A stretch of 64,000 nucleotides of DNA from an uncultured Verrucomicrobia subdivision 3 bacterium (GTDB lineage Bacteria > Verrucomicrobiota > Verrucomicrobiia > Limisphaerales > UBA11358): assembly GCA_903895255.1 (NCBI GenBank), contig CAITTG010000035.1:26714-90713 (forward strand). The letters run 5' to 3'. A program made the position numbers and the translations under genes. Every line of letters starts with the position of its first letter. Position 1 is the first letter of the stretch. Under the pieces are notes generated by a model that did not search any database, was not told the origin of the DNA, and saw only the letters and a list, made by a program, of their open reading frames with translations. Shown here piece by piece: positions 27,167 to 37,791 of the stretch.

Positions 27167-28072
27167 TCAATTTGGCGGGATGGGCGACAGGCAACTGGTT
27201 GCCAGGAATTCTTGAAACGTCTTGTGGCGGGCGACCACGTCATTGTGGACTTGGTCGCTGTGCAGGAACACATAGGCGTGGGTGGTGAGGTCCACGGGGT
27301 TGAGGCTGGTTTCGTTGGTGGCGAGGAGGGTTTGGCTGTTTTGGCCGCGCTGGCGGAGGGTGGCGATCATGGCTTGGGAGTTTTCCAGCGTGCCGCCGTG
27401 GTCGGTGTAAATATCCAGCAGTCGGTGGGGACCGCTGGCGGCCCAATTGAGAAAGCTGTCGCTGTTTGCGTAGAGGGCATCAAAGAGCCAGACTTCCCGG
27501 ATATGGTCGGTGAGGCCGCCCCGATCCAGAATGCCGGCCATGACCCGGTAGCCGCCGCTGTGGCCGGAGAGAATGATGCGTCCGGGGCGGGCAGCGTTGG
27601 AAATAACGTTCAATTGCTGAAGGACGGAAATGGCCTCGGCCAGGAAGTGCTGGAAACCTCGCGAATCTTCAAGTTTTCCCCCGGCGGAATCCGGGGCGTC
27701 GTGCGGGCCCTCGGGGACGATGAGGATGGCATTGCGTCCGCTGGCGGCGAGTTGCTCCGCAAGTTGAAATTGTTCCAGCGTGCCGGCGACGGTGTTCCGC
27801 CAACCATGGAAGTGGATGACGAAGTCCACGGCGGGAGTGGCGCGGAAGCCTTGCGGGATGAAGAGGGCCACGGTGCTGTCTGAGTAATGGGTGGCGGCGT
27901 CGTAGTTGGTGCCGTCGTAGGTATGTCCGCTGGCGCGGCTGGGGTGGGGGAAGGGGGCGGTGGCGAAGTTGGTGAGAATGAGGCGTCCGTAAGCGCTCAG
28001 GTCCAGGGAGGCGGATAGAGCCGACCCGGCCAGACTGGCGGTGAGAAGCAGCATTAAAACGATTTCCTTCAT
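27167..28072 (-). CDS. Secreted alpha/beta-hydrolase-fold protein (putative esterase)
   Basis: 301 aa. Signal peptide MKEIVLMLLLTASLAGSALSA and nucleophile elbow GHSGG. Confidence 0.7.
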   Translation of the reverse strand: MKEIVLMLLLTASLAGSALSASLDLSAYGRLILTNFATAPFPHPSRASGHTYDGTNYDAATHYSDSTVALFIPQGFRATPAVDFVIHFHGWRNTVAGTLEQFQLAEQLAASGRNAILIVPEGPHDAPDSAGGKLEDSRGFQHFLAEAISVLQQLNVISNAARPGRIILSGHSGGYRVMAGILDRGGLTDHIREVWLFDALYANSDSFLNWAASGPHRLLDIYTDHGGTLENSQAMIATLRQRGQNSQTLLATNETSLNPVDLTTHAYVFLHSDQVHNDVVARHKTFQEFLATSCLSPIPPN

Positions 28073-28115
28073 AGATGCAGGTTAATTTAAGATCCGTGGT
28101 TGGTAAAGGTTTTGG

Positions 28116-28154
28116 GTTAAACAGTTAAACAGTTAATTGGTTAATTGGTTAAAT
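28116..28154. repeat. Tandem 8-mer array GTTAAACA x2, GTTAATTG x2, GTTAAAT
   Basis: Read directly from the sequence: five consecutive GTTAA-phased octamers in the hydrolase/ligA intergenic region. Confidence 0.85.
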
Positions 28155-28288
28155 ATCTGAAAAACAGCGGTTTGCGGGTTGGCTTCCGTCGGGCCGGGGG
28201 CGGCGGGCGGGCACGCCGGGGCCGGCCGTTCCGCAAGGCGGACGGCCGCTGGTCGAAGGTGTGGCCACTTTCATACGCATCAATTTAG

Positions 28289-30620
<2,332 letters not shown>

Positions 30621-30730
30621 CAAAGACGCAGAGGCGCAAAGGGGGGCCAAGGCAGGAAATGGATGGCCGCAAAATGACGCAAAAAAGGGAGGGAATTTGA
30701 AACTTCCAAAAAAGGCTGGAAAGTTTTCCT

Positions 30731-31087
30731 TTAGGAGGGAACCTTCCGCATGCGAATTCGATGTGTTTCCACCACCGCAAAGTGTCCGGGCCAATCGTTG
30801 CGCAAGCTGATTGCCCGTGAGACTGCGGACGCCACCTGGCTGGAAGAATTTTGGGGGATTCGAAACAGGACGATCCCGCAAGCCGCGGGCAGGCGAGCAG
30901 GGAAACTCAACTCGGCGAAATCATTGTCAAGGGTCAGCAATACGCGAGCTTCCGCCACCGCGCGCTCCAGCACCTGCCGATCAGTGCTGCCCGGGGCGTC
31001 TGATCTCACCCAGCCCACATCGTGACCCGATTGTCGCAGGGCTGCCACGGCATCGAATGGGAAGTTTTCGTTGGCAAGGAAGCGCAT
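30731..31087 (-). CDS. DUF5615-family PIN-like putative toxin
   Basis: Trimmed to the ATG at 31087 (MRFLANENFPFDAVAALRQSGHDVGWV...), 8 nt after the DUF433 stop. Confidence 0.7.
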   Translation of the reverse strand: MRFLANENFPFDAVAALRQSGHDVGWVRSDAPGSTDRQVLERAVAEARVLLTLDNDFAELSFPARLPAACGIVLFRIPQNSSSQVASAVSRAISLRNDWPGHFAVVETHRIRMRKVPS

Positions 31088-31095
31088 GCGTCCGC

Positions 31096-31329
31096 TCAAA
31101 CCAACTCGACGGGATAAACCTTCTCGCCTTGCAGCAATTCGCCGGCGTAGCTCAGACACGCTTGGATGTCCTCATGGGTGAGTCCCGGGTAATTCCGCAA
31201 CACTTCTGACTCCGGCCAACCTTGCGCCAGCAAGCCAATCACAAATTCCACCGCCAGCCTGGTTCCTTTCACCACCGGCTTCCCGACCAAAATTTCCGGA
31301 TTGACGACAATTCGTTCCTGCCAGTTCAT
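31096..31329 (-). CDS. DUF433-domain putative antitoxin
   Basis: 77 aa. IVVNPEILVGKPVVKGTRLAVEFVIGLLAQGWPESEVLRNYPGLTHEDIQACLSYA is the DUF433 signature. Confidence 0.8.
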   Translation of the reverse strand: MNWQERIVVNPEILVGKPVVKGTRLAVEFVIGLLAQGWPESEVLRNYPGLTHEDIQACLSYAGELLQGEKVYPVELV

Positions 31330-31365
31330 AAAGGCAGTTTACACGCTGCCGGAGTCGCAATCAAA

Positions 31366-31385
31366 GGGGAATTAACGCAAAGGCG
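31366..31385 (+). repeat. Direct repeat copy 2 (GGGGAATTAACGCAAAGGCG), right flank of the TA module
   Basis: 19 of 20 identical to 30601-30620. Confidence 0.85.
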
Positions 31386-31600
31386 TTGCGTCGCAAACTG
31401 GGCGGCAGGGCACGAAAAAAAGGGGTGGCGATTTGCAGGGGGGTTGGATAGGGAACGATCAATGCGGTAAACGCCAGTTCACCGCTACGACAACAGAGGG
31501 TGGCCGGATGGTTGCGGATGCGGATGGCGAGAGTAAAATGGCTATGGGGCGGACCGTGGGCGCGGGGGCGGCAGCAGTCTACAGGAGGAGATGACCGGGC

Positions 31601-31656
31601 ATTGAAAATTTGAAATTTGAAATTTAAAATCTGAAATTGGAGATTGAAAATTTCAA
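31601..31656. repeat. AT-rich tandem heptamer array (TTGAAAT-like, 8 units)
   Basis: TGAAAAT TTGAAAT TTGAAAT TTAAAAT CTGAAAT TGGAGAT TGAAAAT TTCAAAG, read directly. Lies 3' of the response-regulator gene. Confidence 0.85.
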
Positions 31657-31696
31657 AGCGGGCGGAGGTGGGGACAGGCGGTCCCCGCCCCGGGGG

Positions 31697-32344
31697 TCAA
31701 TTGGTGGCGGGCTCGCGGTTGGACTTCAGGTACAGCACCACGGCCTCGGTCTTGGATTTCACACCGAGTTTTTTGTACATGCGCTTGGAGTGGCTGTACA
31801 CGGTTTGCGGGCTGCGCTGCAACTCGTCGGCAATTTCCTTGTAGGATTTGCCCAGGGCCAGGTGGCCCAAAATGATGCGTTCCTTCTTGGTGAGGGTGTC
31901 GATGGATTTGTCCTGGGTGCGGGCGTCTTGAAACCGGCGGATGATTTTTTTCATCACGTTGGTTTCCATGGCCAGACCGCCGGCGACATAGCCTTCCAAG
32001 GCCTTGAGAATTTCGCGGATGGACTGGGTCTTGAGCAGATAGCCCTCGGCCCCGTTGGAGAGGGCGCTGTTGATGAGGGCGTCCTCGGAATGGCCGGACA
32101 GCACGATGATGTGCGTTTTGGGATGTTTGGTTTTGATTTCCCGGATCAGTTCGCAGCCGGAGGAGCGGCCGAGCAGCAAGTCCACGAGCACGATGTCATA
32201 GACCGCGCGATCCATGCCCCGCAGGGCGGCTTTGGGATCTTGAAAGCCGACCGGTCGCGAGAAGCCAAGCACCTGTTCGGTGTAATCCGCAAAGGCCGCG
32301 AGAAAATCCGCGTCGTCGTCAATAATTGCCAGTCGTATTTCCAT
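31697..32344 (-). CDS. NarL/LuxR-family response regulator (orphan, no adjacent kinase)
   Basis: Trimmed to MEIRLAIIDDD... Receiver domain (DIVLVDLLL, GYLLK) plus C-terminal LuxR HTH (LTKKERIILGHLALGKSYKEIADEL). Confidence 0.9.
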   Translation of the reverse strand: MEIRLAIIDDDADFLAAFADYTEQVLGFSRPVGFQDPKAALRGMDRAVYDIVLVDLLLGRSSGCELIREIKTKHPKTHIIVLSGHSEDALINSALSNGAEGYLLKTQSIREILKALEGYVAGGLAMETNVMKKIIRRFQDARTQDKSIDTLTKKERIILGHLALGKSYKEIADELQRSPQTVYSHSKRMYKKLGVKSKTEAVVLYLKSNREPATN

Positions 32345-32456
32345 TTTATTATACACCGCAAATCAGGGTGTCGCTTTGGCCAGCAGCGCCCACCTCAATT
32401 CATAGGTTAGGGGGGACGGTAATACAATTACCATAAATTGGCCAGCATGTATTTAA

Positions 32457-32466
32457 GGGGGGGGGG
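32457..32466. repeat. Homopolymeric G10 tract
   Basis: Ten consecutive G in the divergent response-regulator / ABC-transporter intergenic region. Confidence 0.9.
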
Positions 32467-32539
32467 CCGGGAGGGGGCGCATCCCGGAACTGCCCCCAAA
32501 CAGGGGAAGGCTGGTGTCAAAGGAACCATTTCCAGGGAA

Positions 32540-32620
32540 TAGGCAGGCTCGCACGGGCGCGCTCGCCCGAGACCGGCTGGAAGCCGGTCCCACCTTGTGG
32601 CCACCCGCGCGGCCGGGGCA
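32540..32620. repeat. Dispersed-repeat element (GACCGGCT-GGA-AGCCGGTC hairpin + CCAC)
   Basis: Perfect 8-bp hairpin at 32571-32589 followed by CCAC, preceded by GCACGGGCGCGCTCGCCCGAG. Same grammar as 21135-21310, 28862-29050 and 36170-36300. Confidence 0.4.
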
Positions 32621-32700
32621 ATGCCAGGATACACCCGCAAAATAATGTGATGGCAGCATTTGAGTTCTGGCGAAATTGTTGGATAATGGTGGGATTGTAA

Positions 32701-33432
32701 ATGGAACCTTTGACCAAGACGGAAACAAGCAGTCAACGCGCGGACCGGTCGGAACTGGTGCTCACCGCACTGGATGTGACGAAATCCTATGCGGGCCGGC
32801 CGGTGTTGCGCGGGGTGTCGCTGGAGCTGCATGCGGGCGAGCGCCTGGCCCTGACGGGGCCCTCGGGCAGCGGTAAATCGACACTCCTCAACTGTTTGGG
32901 CGGCGTGGACCGCGCGGACGGGGGCAGCATTCGTTTCAAGAACCGGGCGTTGGAGGCGCTGGATGGGGACGGCCTGACAGAAGTGCGGCGGCGGGATATC
33001 GGCACGATCTTTCAATTTTTCCACCTGCTGCCGACGCTGACGGCGGCGGAGAATGTGGAGCTGCCCTTGCAATTAAACGGGGTGGCGCCAGCGGAGCGGG
33101 CGGAGCGGGTGCATGCGCTCCTCAAGCGGGTGGGGGTGTTGGGGCGGGCGCAGGCCCTGCCCGGGGAGCTTTCCGGCGGCGAGATGCAACGGGTGGCCAT
33201 CGCCCGCGCGCTAGCGCACCGGCCAGCAGTGCTGCTGGCGGACGAACCGACCGGCAATCTGGATTCCCGCAACGGGGCGATCATCCTGGAACTGCTCCGG
33301 GAGCTTTCGGATGAAACCGGCACGGCGCTGCTGTTGGTGACCCACAGTGGCGCGGCGACGCACATTTGCCACCGCGAAATTCATTTGCGCGACGGCCTGA
33401 TTGCGGGGGTCCGGGACAAGGATGCCGATTGA
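32701..33432 (+). CDS. ABC transporter ATP-binding protein (LolD/MacB-type; AttE-like)
   Basis: Walker A GPSGSGKST, signature LSGGEMQRVAIARAL, Walker B LLADEPTGNLD. Confidence 0.9.
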   Translation: MEPLTKTETSSQRADRSELVLTALDVTKSYAGRPVLRGVSLELHAGERLALTGPSGSGKSTLLNCLGGVDRADGGSIRFKNRALEALDGDGLTEVRRRDIGTIFQFFHLLPTLTAAENVELPLQLNGVAPAERAERVHALLKRVGVLGRAQALPGELSGGEMQRVAIARALAHRPAVLLADEPTGNLDSRNGAIILELLRELSDETGTALLLVTHSGAATHICHREIHLRDGLIAGVRDKDAD

Positions 33433-33434
33433 GC

Positions 33435-36074
33435 ATGGCGGCCCGACCCCCAGTGTTGCGGATTCTCTGGACGCGCTTTGCCTGGCGGCACTGGCGGATG
33501 GCACCCGTTTCCTCCGGGCTTTTGTTGCTGATCCTGGCGCTGGGGGTGGCGGCGTTTTTCTCCATCCGACTGGCCAACCAGGCGGCGGTGGCGGGTTTTG
33601 AAAACTTTACCGATCTGATCACCGCCGAGAGCGACGGGCTGATCACGGCTCCCGTTGGCACGCTCCCGACTTCCGTGCTGCTGGATTTACGGCAACTGCT
33701 GGGCAACACCCCGGTCAATCTGGTCCCGGTGCTGGAAACCAGCGCCGTGCCGCCGCGCCGGGCGGACACGGAGGGAATTGGCGCCCGGCCCACCCTGCAA
33801 ATTCTCGGCCTGGACCTGCCGGCCCTGGTCAATCTCGCCGGCCAGGCCTATGGGAGCGGTGGCGGTCTGGCGGGGACACCCGGCGGGGCCGGGCGGCGGA
33901 TCGGCGATCAAAGTGCGGCGGACGTTTACATTAGCGCCGCCCTCGCGCGGCGGGACGGGTTGACCAACGGTTCCATACTGTCGCTGGTCATCAATGACCG
34001 CCCGGCAGAGTTGCGGGTGGCGGGGGTGATTCCGACGCCCCCGGGCCGGCCGGCCGCGCCGGCGAGCCTCCTCATCATGGACCTGCCGGATTTGCAAGCG
34101 TTGACCGACAAGACCGGCCAGTTGGACCGCATTGAATTCGTGCTGGAGGCGGGCCCGCATCGCGCGGAGCGCTGGGCACGGATCAAGGCGCAACTGGAGG
34201 CGGCCAATTCACCCACGGCACCCCGCTGGGTCGTGAGTTCCTCCGCCGCCCGGCGGGACGCGGGCCTGACCATGACCCGGGCCTTCCGGCTGAACCTGAC
34301 CATTCTTTCGCTGCTGGCTTTGCTCGTGGGATTGTACCTCGTCTTTCAGGGGTTGCAAGGGGCGGTGGTGCGCCGGCGGAGCGAGATTGCCATTCTACGT
34401 TCGCTGGGGGTCACCTCGGGGCAGATTCAAGGCGCGTGGCTGGTGGAAGCGGCCGTGGTGGGACTGGCGGGCGGCCTGCTCGGGCTGGCGCTGGGCTGGC
34501 TCGGCGCGCAACTGGCCGTCCAAACCGTGGGGCGCACAATGCATGCCCTTTATTTCGGCCGGGCGGTGGAGGCGGCGGCGTTTGATTTCAAGGAAGCGTT
34601 GCTGGCGTTGACGGTCGCGGTGGCGGCGAGCACGCTGGCCGGGTGGCGGCCGGCGCGCCTGGCGGCCAACACGCCGCCCGCGCAAATCGCGGCGCGCGCG
34701 GGAAGTGCGAGTGACCCCGGGGGCCGGTGGCTGAACCATCCCGGTTTCGGTCTGGCGCTGCTGGTGGCGGGCGGACTGCTGACGACGTTGCCACCCGTGC
34801 GGATGGACGGCGGGGGCCGGCTGCCCGTGGCGGCCTATGCCGCCGCCTTATGCTGGATTTTTGGCGCCGGGGTGTTTGCGGGCCAGATTCTCTCCGGCTT
34901 GGGGCGGCTGATACAATGGTTGAAAATTGAATCCGTCCCGCTGCGGCTGGCGTGCAGCCATTTGCGGGCGCCGGGCGGACGGCACCGGCTGGCCGTGGCC
35001 GGGCTGGTGTGCGCGGTGGGCATGACGGCGGGCATGGCCATTCTGGTGAGCAGCTTTGATCTGACGATGCGCGGCTGGATCGCCCGCACCTTTCAGGCGG
35101 ATGTGTATGCCACCAGTGATGGTGACCAAACTGCTTCCACCATCAACCGGATCGTGCCCGCCACCTGGCAAAGCATCGCGGCGGATCCGGCGGTCAAGCA
35201 GGCCAACGTCATTCAGGGCGGGGAGATCTTTATTAACGGCGTGTCCACCCTGCTGGTGGGGCACGATCCGCGTTTCTACCGGGATTATTCGCACCCGGCC
35301 TGGGTGAGCGCGCCGCGGGACGACGCGGTGTTTGATGCCGCGCGCAACGCGGAGCTGGTGCTGGCCAGCGAAAGTTTTTGCGAGCGTTTCCGGCTGCACC
35401 GGGGCGATGTCGTCCGCGTGCCCATTCCCGGTGGCGACCGGCCGGTGACGATTGCCGGGGTGTATGCGGACTACGGGAATGAACGCGGCTCGCTGCTCAT
35501 TGAGCGGCGGCAGTTCACCAACTGGTTTGGCAGCCAGCTCGCGGCCAGTGTGATCCTGGCGCTGCAACCGGGCGAGGATCCGGAAGCGTTGCGGGCGAAA
35601 CTGCGGCTGGCGCATCCCGGGCTGGGGGTTTACACCAGCGGCTTTTTGCGGGGCGAGGCGCTGCGCATTTTCCGTCAGACATTTGCCGTCACGTATGCGC
35701 TGGAGTTGATCGGCATTATTGTGGCGGTGGCCGGGCTGGCGTTCACGATGAGCAGCCTGCTCTGGGAACGCCGCAATGACCTGGCCACGCTGCGGGCGCT
35801 GGGTTTGCGCCGCCGGGAACTGTCCGCAGCCGCGGCCTTGGAGGGCGGTTTGCTGGCGGTGGCCGGTTTGGTGGCCGGTTTGCTGGTGAGTCTGGCCCTG
35901 GGCTGGCTGCTGATCTTTCGCATTAACAAGCAAACCTTTGGCTGGACGCTGCAAACGGACCTGCCCGGGGCGCAGTTGCTGGTGCTGGCCCTGCTGGTGC
36001 TGGCGAGCGCCACGCTGGCCGGTTGGCTGGCCGGTCGCTGGGCCACGCGGCTGCCTGCGGAACGGGAGGAATGA
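33435..36074 (+). CDS. Fused FtsX-family ABC permease (two MacB/FtsX modules; AttF/AttG-like)
   Basis: Trimmed to the ATG at 33435, 2 nt after the ATPase stop. About 880 aa with two FtsX-type 4-TM modules separated by large periplasmic domains. Confidence 0.85.
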   Translation: MAARPPVLRILWTRFAWRHWRMAPVSSGLLLLILALGVAAFFSIRLANQAAVAGFENFTDLITAESDGLITAPVGTLPTSVLLDLRQLLGNTPVNLVPVLETSAVPPRRADTEGIGARPTLQILGLDLPALVNLAGQAYGSGGGLAGTPGGAGRRIGDQSAADVYISAALARRDGLTNGSILSLVINDRPAELRVAGVIPTPPGRPAAPASLLIMDLPDLQALTDKTGQLDRIEFVLEAGPHRAERWARIKAQLEAANSPTAPRWVVSSSAARRDAGLTMTRAFRLNLTILSLLALLVGLYLVFQGLQGAVVRRRSEIAILRSLGVTSGQIQGAWLVEAAVVGLAGGLLGLALGWLGAQLAVQTVGRTMHALYFGRAVEAAAFDFKEALLALTVAVAASTLAGWRPARLAANTPPAQIAARAGSASDPGGRWLNHPGFGLALLVAGGLLTTLPPVRMDGGGRLPVAAYAAALCWIFGAGVFAGQILSGLGRLIQWLKIESVPLRLACSHLRAPGGRHRLAVAGLVCAVGMTAGMAILVSSFDLTMRGWIARTFQADVYATSDGDQTASTINRIVPATWQSIAADPAVKQANVIQGGEIFINGVSTLLVGHDPRFYRDYSHPAWVSAPRDDAVFDAARNAELVLASESFCERFRLHRGDVVRVPIPGGDRPVTIAGVYADYGNERGSLLIERRQFTNWFGSQLAASVILALQPGEDPEALRAKLRLAHPGLGVYTSGFLRGEALRIFRQTFAVTYALELIGIIVAVAGLAFTMSSLLWERRNDLATLRALGLRRRELSAAAALEGGLLAVAGLVAGLLVSLALGWLLIFRINKQTFGWTLQTDLPGAQLLVLALLVLASATLAGWLAGRWATRLPAEREE

Positions 36075-36169
36075 CCACGGCCATGCATCATTTTATTAAT
36101 TATAAATTCTGGTTGGCGGCCCGGGCGGTGCTGGCACATTTGGTTGCCAACGAAACCAAGGTCGCGGAC

Positions 36170-36300
36170 AGCAGGGGGAGATCAAGCGTCGCGACGCGAC
36201 GCGAGACCTCGTTTGGACGAGCATTCCGTGGGCTGAAGCCACACGGCTACCCTCAAAAAGTCGCTCAGCGACTGGCGGCCGATGGCTGGGTGACGTGGAG
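36170..36300. repeat. Dispersed-repeat element (CCGTGGGCTGAAGCCACACGG + CTAC; AGTCGC-TCA-GCGACT)
   Basis: GC hairpins at 36226-36246 and 36259-36273, plus the palindromic CGTCGCGACGCGACGCG. Lies between the permease and the AttH-like gene and is read through by track ORF 36023-37546. Confidence 0.45.
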
Positions 36301-36385
36301 GGTTAATCGCGACGCTGGCGGGCAAGGCAACGTGCTGCGGGTCACGGACCCGCGCGCCGGGAGCGCCGGGCGGCGCCGGGATGCG

Positions 36386-37546
36386 GTGACGAAATGCGTC
36401 GGCTGGCTGGTGGCCGGCTGGCTGCTGGGGTTGGGCGGCCCGGGCCCGCTGTGGGCGGAACCCGCCGCGCACACGGCTGATGGCTACGCCCTGCCGCAGC
36501 CCGGGCGGCAGTTTGTCTTTCCCCGCGACCATGGGAGCCACCCGGACTTTGCCATTGAATGGTGGTATGTGACCGGTCATTTATTTGCCACCAACCAGGG
36601 GCAATACGGCTTTCAGGCGACTTTTTTCCGCAAGGCACTGCTCGCGCCGGGCGCCACCAACCGCTCGGCCTCGGCGGATTTTGGCAATGACCAGATTTAC
36701 CTGGCCCACATGGCGCTGGTGGACAAGAACTCTGGCGAATTCCGCTACCAAGAGCGGCTGAATCGCGCGGGTTGGGACGCGGCGGCGGCCACCAACACCC
36801 TGGACGTGCGCAACGGCAACTGGACCTACCGCCTGCTACCAAGCGCCCCGGGAGCGCCCGCCCGGGAAGTCTTTGCCCTGCAGGCCACCATCGGTGCGGA
36901 CGTTGCTCTCACACTGAATTTTACGCCCAAGAAACCCCTGGTGGTATTCGGGACCAACGGCGTCTCCCGCAAGGCGGCAGACCCGCAGGCGGCCAGTCAT
37001 TATCTGACCTACAGCCGGCTGGCCGCCACGGGCACGCTCACCCTGGACACCACGAACGTGACGGTCACGGGCGAGGCGTGGATGGACCACGAATTCAGCA
37101 GCAGCCAGGTGGGCAATGACCAGGTGGGGTGGGACTGGTTGAGTCTGCAACTGTTTGACGGCCGGGAAATTATGGCCTACCGCATGCGGCGCAAAGATGG
37201 AACCACCGATCCGTACTCCACCGTGGCGTGGGTGGACCAGCACAGTGTGGTGCGGCAGGTGGGGCCGGACGGGTTTAAGTGGACGGTGCGGGAACACTGG
37301 CACAGTCCCAAAACCGGCGCGGATTATCCGGCGAAAATGCAACTGGCCGCGCTCAATCCGCAAACCGGCCAGTGGGAGACCTTTGTCGTGGAACCCCTCG
37401 TGGCGGATCAGGAATTGGCGGGTAAAATCGGTGGGGTGGGTTATTGGGAGGGCGCGTGCCGGCTGCGTGATGCCACCGGCCGGGAAATCGGTCGAGCCTA
37501 CATGGAACTCACGGGATATGGGCAGAGCCTCGAGGGAAAGTTTTAG
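36386..37546 (+). CDS. AttH/CrtC-like lipocalin-fold protein (hydroxyneurosporene-synthase family), secreted
   Basis: FPRDHGSHPDFAIEWWYVTGHL, FQATFFR and WMDHEFSS are the AttH/CrtC N-terminal signatures. Start set at the in-frame GTG at 36386 (VTKCVGWLVAGWLLGLGG signal-like); the exact start is uncertain. Confidence 0.75.
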   Translation: MTKCVGWLVAGWLLGLGGPGPLWAEPAAHTADGYALPQPGRQFVFPRDHGSHPDFAIEWWYVTGHLFATNQGQYGFQATFFRKALLAPGATNRSASADFGNDQIYLAHMALVDKNSGEFRYQERLNRAGWDAAAATNTLDVRNGNWTYRLLPSAPGAPAREVFALQATIGADVALTLNFTPKKPLVVFGTNGVSRKAADPQAASHYLTYSRLAATGTLTLDTTNVTVTGEAWMDHEFSSSQVGNDQVGWDWLSLQLFDGREIMAYRMRRKDGTTDPYSTVAWVDQHSVVRQVGPDGFKWTVREHWHSPKTGADYPAKMQLAALNPQTGQWETFVVEPLVADQELAGKIGGVGYWEGACRLRDATGREIGRAYMELTGYGQSLEGKF

Positions 37547-37625
37547 CTCCGGGCAGGGGTTGCCAGGGCAGGACTGGAAAGGTCCACTCCGGACCTTAGC
37601 CGGAACAATTCAGTTGAAAAAGACT

Positions 37626-37775
37626 TTAACCGCAGATTAACGCAGATTAACGCAGATGGGGAAAGGCGGAAAACAAGAAAAAATGACGCACGAAATAGTT
37701 CTCGATCAGTATCGGGTCAAACCCTTGCCTACCTCATGGTTTCATCTGCGTTCATCCGCGTTCACCTGCGGTTGA
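37626..37775. repeat. Imperfect inverted repeat built from TTAACGCAGA-type decamers (arms 37626-37659 and 37741-37775)
   Basis: Left arm TTAACCGCAGATTAACGCAGATTAACGCAGATGG. Reverse complement of the right arm is TCAACCGCAGGTGAACGCGGATGAACGCAGATGA. Lies between convergent genes. Related to the TTAACGCAAAGG motifs at 30606 and 31372 (shared AAAATGACGCA). Confidence 0.7.
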
Positions 37776-37791
37776 AATGAATGGTTCCGGC

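Noticed and set aside
28116-28154. Tandem repeats here and at 31601-31656 as a possible CRISPR array
   Set aside because: The units are 7-8 nt with no spacers and no cas genes in the window, so this is not a CRISPR architecture.
32428-33072. 214-aa minus-strand ORF, with nested 32453-32728 and 32517-32717
   Set aside because: The 5' part is antisense to the ABC ATPase. The 3' part runs through the G10 tract and the hairpin repeat. No domain features.
34848-35954. 368-aa minus-strand ORF
   Set aside because: Antisense to the FtsX-family permease.
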